DNA from: Alphaproteobacteria bacterium
Lineage (GTDB): Bacteria; Pseudomonadota; Alphaproteobacteria; UBA828
Length of the DNA stretch: 64,000 bases
Assembly (NCBI GenBank): GCA_965214705.1
Contig: CBDCCI010000002.1
Location: forward strand, 1,568,001-1,632,000
Direction: 5' to 3'
This document shows positions 31,742-41,607 of the stretch, piece by piece (the first letter of the stretch is position 1; each line of letters begins with the position of its first letter). The notes under the pieces were generated by a model. That model was given only the letters and a program-made list of their open reading frames with translations. It was not told the DNA's origin and did no database searches. Both the position numbers and the translations under genes were made by a program.

Positions 31742-32836
31742 TCAGGAGCGGAGCCGGGTGATGACCTCGCCGGCATAGAGCCTGAGCGAGCGCACCACGG
31801 CCTCGTGCTCGATGCCGGGCACGCGGAAGCGGCAGATCACGTGGTTGATGCCGGCCTCCTGCTGCAGGGTCTTGAAGCGCTCGAACACCTGGTCGGGGTC
31901 GCCGAGGACGAAGCGCTCCTGCATCAGTCGGTCAAGCGACGCCTCCGCGTCGCCGAGGGCGCCGGCTTCGGCATGGCGGGCGTAGATCGCCCGCAACGGC
32001 TCGCCGGCGATCGCGATGGCCTCATCGCGGGACTCTGCGCAGAACACCTCGCGAATGACCGGGCGCTCGACCTCCGCGAGGCTGCGGCCGGAGCCGGCCA
32101 TGCGTTCGCCATAGGTGCGGTAGAGGGCGATTACCTCCGCATCGCTCGCCGTCGGCGCCGGCAGGATGGCGTAGCCGTTCTGCGCGGCCAGCGCCACGTC
32201 CTCACCGTCCCCCGCCTCGACCCAGATCGGCGGGTGGGGGATCTGCACCGGCCGGGGCGTCACCGCGAGATATTTCGGCTCCAGCCCGGCCCGCTGCCAC
32301 TGCAGCTTGAAGGGCTTTTCGTAAGGCTCGTGGGTGAAGGGTTGCTCGGCGTTCTCCGGCGTCTTGCGCGGGAAGCGGGTGAAGCGCCCGCCGTAGGAGA
32401 ACGCGTCGGAGGTCCACGCCTTGGCGATGAAGTCCAGGGCCTCCTCGAAGCGCGCGCGGCGTTCCTCGAAGGGCACACCAAAGGCGGCGAACGCGGCCTC
32501 GCTATCGCCGATGCCGGCGCCCAGGATGGCGCGGCCGTTGGACAGCAGGTCGATGACCGCGAAGTCCTCTGCCGCGCGCGCCGGGTGCTGCAACGCCAGC
32601 GCCTTGCCCGCCGAGCCCAAGCGGATGAAGCGGGTGGAGCCCGCCAGCGCGCCCAGCAGGTCAACGACAGAGCCGGTGAGGGCGCCGTCCTCGAAATGGC
32701 TCTCGCCGATCAGCGCCGAGTCGAAGCCGAGGTGATCGGCAAGCTCGATCTGCTCCATTATCTCGCCGTAGAGGTCCGCCGCGGCGCGGCTTCCGCCGCC
32801 GGTCAGCTCCCAACCGTAGTAGAGCCCCGACCTCAT
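31742..32836 (-). CDS. Luciferase-like (LLM) flavin-dependent monooxygenase
   Basis: LADHLGFDSALIGESHF, DLLSNGR, PRPVQIPHPPIW. Confidence 0.88.
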   Translation of the reverse strand: MRSGLYYGWELTGGGSRAAADLYGEIMEQIELADHLGFDSALIGESHFEDGALTGSVVDLLGALAGSTRFIRLGSAGKALALQHPARAAEDFAVIDLLSNGRAILGAGIGDSEAAFAAFGVPFEERRARFEEALDFIAKAWTSDAFSYGGRFTRFPRKTPENAEQPFTHEPYEKPFKLQWQRAGLEPKYLAVTPRPVQIPHPPIWVEAGDGEDVALAAQNGYAILPAPTASDAEVIALYRTYGERMAGSGRSLAEVERPVIREVFCAESRDEAIAIAGEPLRAIYARHAEAGALGDAEASLDRLMQERFVLGDPDQVFERFKTLQQEAGINHVICRFRVPGIEHEAVVRSLRLYAGEVITRLRS

Positions 32837-33870
32837 GACGCGCCCCTGAAGTGCGGGATCACGTGCTCGGCGAAGAGCTCCATCTGCCTGAAGAGGCGCT
32901 CCTTCTTCTGGCTGATGTGCATGATGCGCGGCATGAAGTGGTCGAAGTGGACCGTCTCGCGGTAAGTCTCGATCTTGCGGATGATCTGGTCCGGCGTGCC
33001 GACAAACGACGCCTCGATGATCTCCCGGAACACCGGGTGCGCCAGCATCTCGCGGCGGCTGCCGGTGGCCTCGGGCACGTAGCCGTAGGCCACGTACTGC
33101 TCCTCGTACATCGGCAGCAGGTCTTCATCCATGATGCGGAGCGCCTCTTCCTGGGTCTCGGCGATGCAGACATCGCGGAAGAGGCCGCACTTGATGGCGC
33201 TCTCGGGGTGGCCGGCGGCGCGCGCGGCCTCCTTGTAGATCCCCGCGTTCCTCTCGAAGAGATCGATGCTCATGGACGGGCCTTCCCAGAAGCCCAGTCC
33301 GGCCTTGCCGATGTTGGTGGCCTGCAGCTTGGTCCGGTTGGCGCCGACCCAGATCGGCGGGTGCGGCCGCTGAAGGGGCGCGGGATCGAGGCGCAGGTCG
33401 TCGTAGTGGAAGAACTCGCCGTGGTGGGAGAAGGTCTCGCCGGTCCAGGCCTTCTTCATCACTTCGACGGCCTCGTAGAAGCGCTTTCCCCTGGTCTTCT
33501 TCTCGATGTCGAGGCCCTCGAACTCCTCCGGCCGGTAGCCCGGTGCGAGGCCGAGCAGGAGGCGGCCGTTGGAGAGCACGTCGAGGGAGGCTTTGTCCTC
33601 GGCATCGCGCAGGGGGTCGTGCAGGCCGAGCAGCGAGCAGCCGGTGCCGATGCCGATGCGCGACGTGCGGCGCGCGATGGCGGCCAGCACGGGCAGCAGG
33701 TTGGGACAGTAGCCGTCGTACCAGAAGTGATGCTCGGTCAGCCAGAAGCTGTCGAAGCCGACCTCCTCGGCGAAGACCGCGTGCTCGACGACCTCGTCGT
33801 AGAGCCCGGCCCACGAGCGCGGATGAACGCGCGGGCTCTGCATCCCGTATAGGCCAAGCCAGAACTCCAC
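32833..33870 (-). CDS. Luciferase-like (LLM) flavin-dependent monooxygenase
   Basis: AEEVGFDSFWLTEHHF, LDVLSNGRL, PLQRPHPPIWVG; GTG start after AGGGG. Confidence 0.9.
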   Translation of the reverse strand: MEFWLGLYGMQSPRVHPRSWAGLYDEVVEHAVFAEEVGFDSFWLTEHHFWYDGYCPNLLPVLAAIARRTSRIGIGTGCSLLGLHDPLRDAEDKASLDVLSNGRLLLGLAPGYRPEEFEGLDIEKKTRGKRFYEAVEVMKKAWTGETFSHHGEFFHYDDLRLDPAPLQRPHPPIWVGANRTKLQATNIGKAGLGFWEGPSMSIDLFERNAGIYKEAARAAGHPESAIKCGLFRDVCIAETQEEALRIMDEDLLPMYEEQYVAYGYVPEATGSRREMLAHPVFREIIEASFVGTPDQIIRKIETYRETVHFDHFMPRIMHISQKKERLFRQMELFAEHVIPHFRGAS

Positions 33871-33973
33871 GTGATCCCCTAACGGTCGTTTGTTTGTGAC
33901 AGAAGGCGGCGCGCATCGAAGCACAAGACCGCGCGCGGAGGCAAACGTGCGGGGCACGCGGGACGGCGGCTCG

Positions 33974-34981
33974 TCAGGGCAGGTCCAGCTTCGCCCGGTT
34001 CGCGCTCATGCTGGCGCTGATGCGGTGGGCGACCTCGAGCGAGCGGACGCCGTCGGCGCCCGTCACTGCCGGCACGCCGCCGGTCCGCACAGTGTGGACG
34101 AAAGACTCGACCTCGCGCATGAGTGCGTCGCCCTGCTCGAAGTCCATGCGCTCCATCGCCACGCTCTCCATGCTTGGCGGCGCATCGCCCTCCTTCTTGC
34201 GCGCGATCCTGACGCTGCGCGCGCCGTGGTCGACCTTGATGTACGTGTCGGGCTGAAAGATGCGGAGCGTGCGCTCGGTCTTGAGGCTGACCCGGCTCGC
34301 GGTGACGTTGGCGACGCAGCCGTTGGCGAACTTGAGCCGGGCGTTGGCGATGTCCTCGCTGGCGGAGAACACCGGCGTGCCCACGGCATCGATCTCGGTC
34401 ACCGGCGCGTCCACCAGCGCCAGGATGATGTCGATGTCGTGGATCATCACGTCGAGGACCACGCTCACGTCGGTGTTCCGCTGCGGGAAGGGGCTGACCC
34501 GGACCGATTCGATATAGAGCGGGCGGGCGATGCGCGGGGCGATGGCCTGGAAGGCGTCGGAGAAGCGCTCGATCAGCCCGACCTGCAGCACCAGCCCCCC
34601 GGCCTCGGCCAGCGCCGTGAGCTCCCGGGCGGTCGCCACGCTCTCAGTGAAGGGCTTCTCCACCAGCACGTGAATGCCGGCGTCGAGGAAGTCCTTTACC
34701 ACCGCGTAGTGGGCGGCTGCCGGCACGGCGACCGAGGCGGCGTCGATATTGCCGATCAGCGCGTGGTGGTCGGCCACGGCATCGGCGCCGAGCGGGCTGG
34801 CGACGGCAGCGGCACGGTCAGCGTCGATATCCGCGACCGCGACCAGGCGGGCGCCGTCGATGGCCGCCGCCTTCTCGGCGTGGTAGCGCCCGAAGTGGCC
34901 CGCGCCGACCACGCCGAGCCGGAGCGCGCCGTCAGCGCCGTCCTGCGCGGCTCCCTCCCGCGTCGCCGTACCGGGCGCCAC
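33974..34981 (-). CDS. Gfo/Idh/MocA family oxidoreductase
   Basis: GVVGAGHFG, HVLVEKP, DVMIHDID. Confidence 0.92.
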   Translation of the reverse strand: MAPGTATREGAAQDGADGALRLGVVGAGHFGRYHAEKAAAIDGARLVAVADIDADRAAAVASPLGADAVADHHALIGNIDAASVAVPAAAHYAVVKDFLDAGIHVLVEKPFTESVATARELTALAEAGGLVLQVGLIERFSDAFQAIAPRIARPLYIESVRVSPFPQRNTDVSVVLDVMIHDIDIILALVDAPVTEIDAVGTPVFSASEDIANARLKFANGCVANVTASRVSLKTERTLRIFQPDTYIKVDHGARSVRIARKKEGDAPPSMESVAMERMDFEQGDALMREVESFVHTVRTGGVPAVTGADGVRSLEVAHRISASMSANRAKLDLP

Positions 34982-34988
34982 AGCCGCC

Positions 34989-36791
34989 TCAGGCCGCCTC
35001 GTCGACGAAGAGCTCGGCGAGCTCGAAGCGGTCCTGGGTCATGTAGGCGAGGCCCTTGGTGCTGATGCGGTAGTAGGGGATGGTGACGAGCGAGACGAAT
35101 TCGAGGTTCATCTGCGGCGTTTCCAGTTCGCACCCCATGTCACGCCAGGCGTCTATCAGCTTGTATTGACGCTCGAAAAGCTCGTCGAATGGGAGGTCTG
35201 AGGCGAGGCCGTTGAGCGGCGTCGGCAGCGAGGCTTCGACCTCGCCGTTGCGGAGCGCGATGAAGCCGCCGTCCATCTTGATGGTCTCGTTGGCGGCTGC
35301 GGCCATGTCGTCGTCCGAGGCGCTGACCAGCACGATGTTCTGGTTGAAGACGTTGGCGGTGGTGCCGATGCAGCCTTCCTTGATCCCAAACCCCTTGACG
35401 AAGGCGACGCCCACCTCGCCGGTGCCCATGATCCGGTCGATCATGCAGATCTTGTTGATGCCGTTCTCCGGGTCCGCCTGCACGAAGCCATCGACGACGG
35501 GGAGCGTTTCGACCGACCCTGGCGTCTCCAGGGAGCCGTCCCGCGTGTTGATGCACTGGACCCTCACGGTATCGCCGCCACCGGCCGGTGCCTTGATGCG
35601 AAAGTCTCTGGGCTCGAGCACGCGGTCGATGTTCATGGTGCCGTAGAGCCAGTCGGGGTAGTCCGGGTTCTCTAGCGAGGCGACGAGCTTGCCGCCTTCG
35701 ACCCAGACCTTGCCGTTGGCCATCACCCGGTCGATCTCGAAGCCCTCGAGAGTGTCGACGAACACGATGTCGGCGAAGCGGCCCGCCGCTATCATGCCCA
35801 TGTCGTGGTTCACCCGGTAGAACTCCGCCGGCTGGATCGTGGACATCTGAATCGCGGTCATCGGATCCAGGCCATTCTGCACGGCGACGCGGATGGCGTT
35901 GTCCATCTGGCCGCGCTCCAGCATCCAGTCGGGCGTGATCACGTCGGTGCAGAGCTGGTAGGCGCGGGCGTGGTATCCCTCCTCGGTAATCACCGGAAGA
36001 CACGCCTCTATGTCCTTGCAGGCGCTGCCTTCTCGGATCACGATCCAGATGCCGAGCTCGGCCTGGCGGCGGGTCTCCGAGGCATTGACGATCTCGTGGT
36101 TGTGCATGATCCCCGAGGCGACCCAGGCGTTGGTGATCTTCTCGTCGGTCATGCCCGCCGAGTGGCCCTGGATCACCTTGCCCAGGTCGAGCGCCTCTTC
36201 CATGAGGCTGAGCAGCGCCCGGTCGCGCTGGTTCTGATAGAGCATCAGCTCGGGGCTGATCTCCTCGATGCCCTTGGTCTCGGGCCAGGTGAGCGAGTCG
36301 CGCAGGTCCTCGATGCTTGGCGCGTTGGGCGAGGCGGGGAAGCCGATGCCGCGGTTCTGGGTGTAGCACATGGTGGGGGTGACGAAGATCGGCTTGACCG
36401 GCGTCGCCAGCAGCTCGTCGAGGAAGAAGCGCGAGGCGCGCATGCCGTTGACGATGGCGTGGCCATAGAAGCCGTCCACGATGGTGGTCGAGCCGTGCAG
36501 CAGCCGGCAGGCGGCGAAGACGGTGGAGTTGGCGTAGGTGTGCCACTGATGGCAATGGGGGTCGATCAGTCCCGGCACCAGGAAGCGGCCCTCGGCATCG
36601 ATGACCTCGGTGTCGTCGCCGACGGCGTAGGCAACGTCGCCGACAGCGGCGATCCGCTCACCCTTGATGGCGATCCCTTCGGCCTTGATCGTGCCGGTGT
36701 GGACGTTGACCACGCGGCCGCCCGTGATGACAGTGTCGGCGGGCTGGTAGCCCATGGCCACGTCGATCAACGCTTCCCGTTGCAGCTCCAT
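34989..36791 (-). CDS. Adenine deaminase-like amidohydrolase (divergent)
   Basis: PGLIDPHCH, IQGH, IREGSA, LCTD, GMIAAGRFADIV, LVTIPYYRISTKGL. Confidence 0.82.
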   Translation of the reverse strand: MELQREALIDVAMGYQPADTVITGGRVVNVHTGTIKAEGIAIKGERIAAVGDVAYAVGDDTEVIDAEGRFLVPGLIDPHCHQWHTYANSTVFAACRLLHGSTTIVDGFYGHAIVNGMRASRFFLDELLATPVKPIFVTPTMCYTQNRGIGFPASPNAPSIEDLRDSLTWPETKGIEEISPELMLYQNQRDRALLSLMEEALDLGKVIQGHSAGMTDEKITNAWVASGIMHNHEIVNASETRRQAELGIWIVIREGSACKDIEACLPVITEEGYHARAYQLCTDVITPDWMLERGQMDNAIRVAVQNGLDPMTAIQMSTIQPAEFYRVNHDMGMIAAGRFADIVFVDTLEGFEIDRVMANGKVWVEGGKLVASLENPDYPDWLYGTMNIDRVLEPRDFRIKAPAGGGDTVRVQCINTRDGSLETPGSVETLPVVDGFVQADPENGINKICMIDRIMGTGEVGVAFVKGFGIKEGCIGTTANVFNQNIVLVSASDDDMAAAANETIKMDGGFIALRNGEVEASLPTPLNGLASDLPFDELFERQYKLIDAWRDMGCELETPQMNLEFVSLVTIPYYRISTKGLAYMTQDRFELAELFVDEAA

Positions 36792-36911
36792 CGTTACCCC
36801 CCTCTGCCGCATTCTCGGGGCGGCACCGTAGTCGGACTTGTGGGGCCCTTCAAGCCGAGGCCCCGGCCGGCAGCGACAGGGGATGGACACCGGGCGATCG
36901 GCGCGTTATTC

Positions 36912-36926
36912 AGACAATGACTTGCA
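36912..36926. promoter_or_regulatory. Possible Fur/Mur-type metal-responsive box
   Basis: AGACAATGACTTGCA in an AT-rich patch about 22 bp before an Fe3+-type ABC ATPase; by-eye resemblance only. Confidence 0.35.
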
Positions 36927-36948
36927 ATTGCATCGCGTGGTTCGATCC

Positions 36949-38049
36949 ATGGCGGTCGACGGGGAGGCACACGCACCGGGCGAGGGCGCGTCGAGGTGGC
37001 TGGTGCTCGAGGGCATCCACCACGCCTACGATGCGGCACCGGTGGTCCGGGGCGTCGATCTGGTGGTTGGACCCGGCGAGATCATGTGCCTGCTGGGCCC
37101 GTCGGGCTGCGGCAAGACCACCCTGCTCAGGATCGCCGCAGGCCTCGAGCGCCAGAGCGCGGGCCAGGTCTTCATCGACGGCGAAGAGGTCGCCGGCCCG
37201 CACCGCTTCGTCGCACCGGAGAAGCGCCGCATCGGCCTGATGTTCCAGGACTACGCGCTGTTCCCGCACGTGCGCGCCATCGACAACGTGGGCTTCGGGC
37301 TGACGGCCACGCCAAGGGCGGAGCGCCGGCGCGTGGCGTTCGCGATGCTGGAGCGGCTCGGGCTCGCGGACCTCGCCAACGCCTACCCGCACGAGCTCTC
37401 CGGCGGGGAACAGCAGCGCGTGGCGCTCGCCCGTGCGCTCGCGCCCGCGCCCCGCGCGATGCTGCTGGACGAGCCGTTCTCCGGCCTGGACGAGCGCCTG
37501 CGGGAACAGGTCCGCGACGACACCTTGCGCTTCCTCCACGAGGCCGGGGTGCCGATCGTGCTGGTCACCCACGATGCGGACGAAGCGCTGCAGATGGCAG
37601 ACCAGATCGCCCTGATGCGGGACGGGGTGCTGGTCCAGGTGGGCAGCCCGGACCGGCTCTGCCGCAAGCCGGCGAGCCCGTTCGTCGCGCGCTTCTTCGG
37701 CGCGCTCCCGGCTTTCGACGGCTGGGTTAAGGACCGCGCGGTGGAGACGCCGATCGGACGCGCGCCCACCGGCTGCGGCGAGGGTTGCAAGGTGCGGGTC
37801 TACGTCAGGCCCGAGGCCGTGGAGCTGGTGAATGGCACGGCGGACGACGCCAACGGGCTGCCTTCCGCCCGTGTTCTGGACAGCCGGCCGATGGGCTCAA
37901 CCAGCCATTTGAAGCTCGCGATCGACGGCCACGCGGCGCCGCTGACGCTCAACGTCGCCGACGACGGCGCGCCAAGCGTCGATGATGTCGTCCGCATTCG
38001 GCTTGACCCACGCCGCACTTTTGTGTTCCCTGCGACACAGGACCTGTAG
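36949..38049 (+). CDS. ABC ATP-binding protein, Fe3+/polyamine (FbpC/PotA) type
   Basis: GPSGCGKT, FQDYALFPH, LSGGEQQR, C-terminal TOBE-like region. Confidence 0.88.
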   Translation: MAVDGEAHAPGEGASRWLVLEGIHHAYDAAPVVRGVDLVVGPGEIMCLLGPSGCGKTTLLRIAAGLERQSAGQVFIDGEEVAGPHRFVAPEKRRIGLMFQDYALFPHVRAIDNVGFGLTATPRAERRRVAFAMLERLGLADLANAYPHELSGGEQQRVALARALAPAPRAMLLDEPFSGLDERLREQVRDDTLRFLHEAGVPIVLVTHDADEALQMADQIALMRDGVLVQVGSPDRLCRKPASPFVARFFGALPAFDGWVKDRAVETPIGRAPTGCGEGCKVRVYVRPEAVELVNGTADDANGLPSARVLDSRPMGSTSHLKLAIDGHAAPLTLNVADDGAPSVDDVVRIRLDPRRTFVFPATQDL

Positions 38050-38143
38050 GCGACAAGGCTGCGGGACCGGTAACGTGTGGCGGTTGATGCGCCCGCGACC
38101 GGGCGTCGCGCCGCCCCCGCCGTGGTGAGACTGGAGCCGTGTC

Positions 38144-38410
38144 ATGGGTATCTCGATCTGGCAAATCCTTCTGATCGTCCTGGTGATCGTGCTGCTGTTC
38201 GGCGCCGGCAAGCTGCCGCGCCTGATGGGAGACTTCGCCAAGGGCATCAAGAGCTTCAAGACCGGCATGCGGGAGGGCGAAGCGCCTCCGCCGCCGGCAC
38301 AGAGCGCGGCCGCGTCCGCTGAGGCTCCGCAGGAGCCCAAGGTGATCGAGGGCGATGCCGCAACCATCGAAGCCAGCGCCGTCAAGAAGGACGAAGCCGC
38401 CAAGAGCTAG
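38144..38410 (+). CDS. tatA: Twin-arginine translocase TatA
   Basis: SIWQILLIVLVIVLLFGAGKL..GIKSFK. Confidence 0.95.
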   Translation: MGISIWQILLIVLVIVLLFGAGKLPRLMGDFAKGIKSFKTGMREGEAPPPPAQSAAASAEAPQEPKVIEGDAATIEASAVKKDEAAKS

Positions 38411-38474
38411 ACGCTAAACGCCGAGCGGCTGAACAGAAACAGGGAGATCACCCGCTCCTGTAGCGGGCGAAGCA

Positions 38475-39005
38475 ATGCTCGACATCGGTTGGCAAGAGAT
38501 CATCATCCTGATGCTGATCGCCCTGATCGTCGTCGGGCCGAAGGACCTGCCGCGCATCGTCAAGACCGCAGGCCAGTGGATGGGCAAGGCGCGCGGCTAT
38601 GCCCGCGACTTCCAGAGGACCATCGAGGAGGCCGCGGACGCGACCGAGATCGACGCGGTCAAGAAGGAAATCGACGAAGCCAACCGCGAGCTCGCCACGG
38701 CGCGGCGGGATGTGGCTGAGGGTGCGGACGCGATGCAGCGCGATGTCAACGAGGGCACGGAATCGGTGAACAAGATGTTCAGCGAGGATGCCATGGCGCC
38801 CGACAAGGCTGCGGCCGCAAAGGCGAATGGCGGAGAGCCACCGAGCGGTCAGGCGGCCGACGCCGACGGCGGCCAGGCCGAGAACGCTGCCGCAGCTGAG
38901 ATAGAAAGCGAGACCGCCTCCGCGCAGGCGGAAGCGACGGCGCCCGCTGCGGAGACTCCAGGCAACGGCGCGGACGGCCCACCCGGGCGCGGCGCGAGCG
39001 CCTAG
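38475..39005 (+). CDS. tatB: Twin-arginine translocase TatB
   Basis: MLDIGWQE..ALIVVGPKDLP. Confidence 0.95.
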   Translation: MLDIGWQEIIILMLIALIVVGPKDLPRIVKTAGQWMGKARGYARDFQRTIEEAADATEIDAVKKEIDEANRELATARRDVAEGADAMQRDVNEGTESVNKMFSEDAMAPDKAAAAKANGGEPPSGQAADADGGQAENAAAAEIESETASAQAEATAPAAETPGNGADGPPGRGASA

Positions 39006-39142
39006 GCGCACGGCAGAATAGCCGGATGTTGCAGCGGCTCCTGCTTGACGTGTCAACGCCGCACAGGCCCGAATCGAGGGCGAGCGAGCGGCATTCCCTT
39101 CACCGGACGAGACGGGGCGCTGCCCCGGATGGCGGTTAGCCC

Positions 39143-40000
39143 GTGGTCGACAGTATCGAACAATCGCGCGCGCCGCTGATCGACCATCTGATCGAGCTGA
39201 GGCGTCGTCTCGCCTTCGCGGCGATCGGGCTCGTCATCGCGTTTCTCGGCTGCTGGTACGTGGCCTCGGACATTTTCGCCTTCCTGGTCGAGCCGTTGCG
39301 CGACGTGCTGGCCGAGGGAGGGTACGATACCAACCTGATCTACACCCACCTGCTGGAGGCGTTCTTCACCGAGCTGAAGATCGCTTTCTGGGGCGCCTTC
39401 TTCGTCTCCTTCCCGCTGATCGCCACGCAGTTCTGGATGTTCGTGGCGCCGGGGCTCTACCGGAACGAGAAGAAGGCCGTCCTGCCCTTCCTGTTCATAA
39501 CGCCAATCCTGTTCTTCTCGGGCGGCGCACTGGTTTACTACTTCATCTTCCCGCAGGCGTTCAATTTCTTCATCTCCTTCCAGGAAGGAAGCACCGACGA
39601 TCGCCTCGGCCTCGAGCTGCTGCCAAGAATTGGCGAGTACCTCTCGCTGGTGATGAAGCTGATCTTCGCGTTCGGCATCGCCTTCCAGCTTCCGGTGATG
39701 CTGACGCTGATGGGCCGCGCGGGCCTTGCCACGTCTGCCGGGCTCAAGCGCAAGCGCAAGTACGCCATCGTCATCGTGTTCATTGCCGCGGCAATTCTCA
39801 CGCCGCCTGATCTGTTCAGCCAGATCGGCCTCGGCATCCCGCTGATCGCGCTCTACGAGATCTCGATCATCTCGGTCGGCTTCGTCGAGAAGAAGCGCCG
39901 CAAGAAGCAGGAAGAGGAAGAGGCGATGTACGCGGAGATGGACGAGCTGCTCGCCGAGTACGAGGACAGCGAAGAGACCGACTTCAACTTCGGGCGCTAA
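39143..40000 (+). CDS. tatC: Twin-arginine translocase TatC
   Basis: PLIDHLIELRRR, FVAPGLY, FQLP, AAILTPPD. Confidence 0.96.
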   Translation: MVDSIEQSRAPLIDHLIELRRRLAFAAIGLVIAFLGCWYVASDIFAFLVEPLRDVLAEGGYDTNLIYTHLLEAFFTELKIAFWGAFFVSFPLIATQFWMFVAPGLYRNEKKAVLPFLFITPILFFSGGALVYYFIFPQAFNFFISFQEGSTDDRLGLELLPRIGEYLSLVMKLIFAFGIAFQLPVMLTLMGRAGLATSAGLKRKRKYAIVIVFIAAAILTPPDLFSQIGLGIPLIALYEISIISVGFVEKKRRKKQEEEEAMYAEMDELLAEYEDSEETDFNFGR

Positions 40001-40219
40001 ACGCCGCCCCGCGAGCCGGGTCCAGCGGGCCTCGCCGTCATTTGAATAATCTATTTGTGACATAAGAAAATCGATCTTCGATCAGGGGATTGTTGCGCTT
40101 ATGCTCGCGCCATCGTCCGGGCGCCGCGCGTAAGATTCGGCGTTATGCGGCGAGGGGAGGGCACCCGTATGAACGCGACACATGTGAATCCATCCGGCAA
40201 GGGCCGTGGCCGAAACGGA

Positions 40220-40237
40220 ATGAGAGGCCCGAAGAAG
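40220..40237 (+). pseudogene. Severed first codons (MRGPKK) of the TonB-dependent receptor
   Basis: ATG AGA GGC CCG AAG AAG joins in frame to ACC CTT CTG GCG at 48532, giving the signal peptide MRGPKKTLLASLASLAAFVLLATNAVHA. Confidence 0.75.
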
Positions 40238-40544
40238 GTTAAGGGTTGGGCAGGCTCTCTCTCGAGAGCCTGCCCAACCCTTTTGAACGAAGCCGCGGGC
40301 CACGAGAGGCGAAGTTGAGCTATGTGGAAAGTGCGCTGATGTCAGCGTCAGGCGGCATCCACCGGCAGCAGAGTTGCGCATAAAATCGACGCTCGCGCCG
40401 GTCTTTCGGCAGGCATGCGGGCGCACGCTGCGAGGACTGAGCGGGGTGTGAGCCGAGGGCTGTCAGCCCGGCTCAAGCGGAGACAGGTTCGGTCGTGCGT
40501 CGGCGCTTTGGCGCCGTTGCGCGGGGCCGAAGCGAGCGGGCGTC

Positions 40545-41607
40545 TCACGGTTTCCCCCTGTGGGTCGGCGGCAGCGCCGGCGGGCCGCGCGTCGAGCGGG
40601 GCTCATGGCGGCGGCGGATTTCGCGGACGAGGCGCATGACGCCGCCGCAGTGGGGGCAGGCCACGGGCGCGGTGCCGATCTCGGGCTCTTCGTCGGGCTC
40701 GGCCTGAGCGCCGTCCACGCTTCCCTCGGGGGCGGCGCAGCCGAGGGCGCCGAGAGCCTGGCGTGCTCTCTCCAGCGTGCTGGCGCGGCAGCCGTTGGCG
40801 AGGATGCCGAAGTAGCGAGTGCGGTGCATGCCGTCCGGCAGGACGTGCCTCAGGAAGCGGCGGATGAACTCGTCGGCGCTCACGGTGGCGATGCCGTAGC
40901 GCGGCTTTCTCTGCCCCGGCGCCTTGGGCTTTCGGTGGCGGAAGGAGACCGTCTCGCCGTCGAAGGAGACGATGCGGCTGTCGGAGATGGCGATCCTGTG
41001 CGTGTAGTGCGAGAGGTACCGGAAGACCTGCTCAGGCCCGCGGAAGGGCCGCTTGGCGTAGACCACCCAGTCCCTGGCCCGGGCGGCGGCAAGCGTGGCG
41101 TGGAACTCGCCGGGATTGGCGAGGTGGGCGAGGGTGCCGTGGAACTCCAGGTCCCCCCGGCCGTGGGCGCGGGCGAGCTCCTTGAGGAAGAGGCGGCGGA
41201 ACAGGCTGCCGAGGACCTTGACGGGGGCGAGGAAGGTGGTGCTCCCCGTCTTCCACTCGCCACTGTCTACGTCGAAGCCCGCGTTGGGCACGACCACGTG
41301 CAGGTGCGGGTGGAAGCGGAGCTTCTGATCCCAGGTATGGAGGACCGCGGTGCCGCCGATGCGCATGCCGCCGTGGCGGGGATCGGCGGCGATGGTGCGC
41401 AGGGTCTCGGCGACGGCCCGGAAGAGGATGTCGAACACCACCCTGCGGTTGCAGAAGGCAATGGCGGCAACCTCCTTGGGCAGGGTGAAGACCACATGGA
41501 AGTAGGGCACCGGCAGGATGTCCCCGGCGCGCTCCTCGCTCCAGAGGTTGGCGGCGAGACCCTGGCAGGTGGGGCAGTGGCGGTTGCGGCAGGAGTTGAA
41601 GAGCGGA
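40545..41607 (-). pseudogene. IS91-type transposase, 3' part (intron-interrupted)
   Basis: PLFNSCRNRHC... as in copy 1, with a few substitutions (LEE>LKE, GTV>GTL, HRI>HRT, ARA>AQA). Confidence 0.92.

Noticed and set aside
31742-33870. Bioluminescence luxAB
   Set aside because: No luxCDE/G in the window; only generic LLM motifs.
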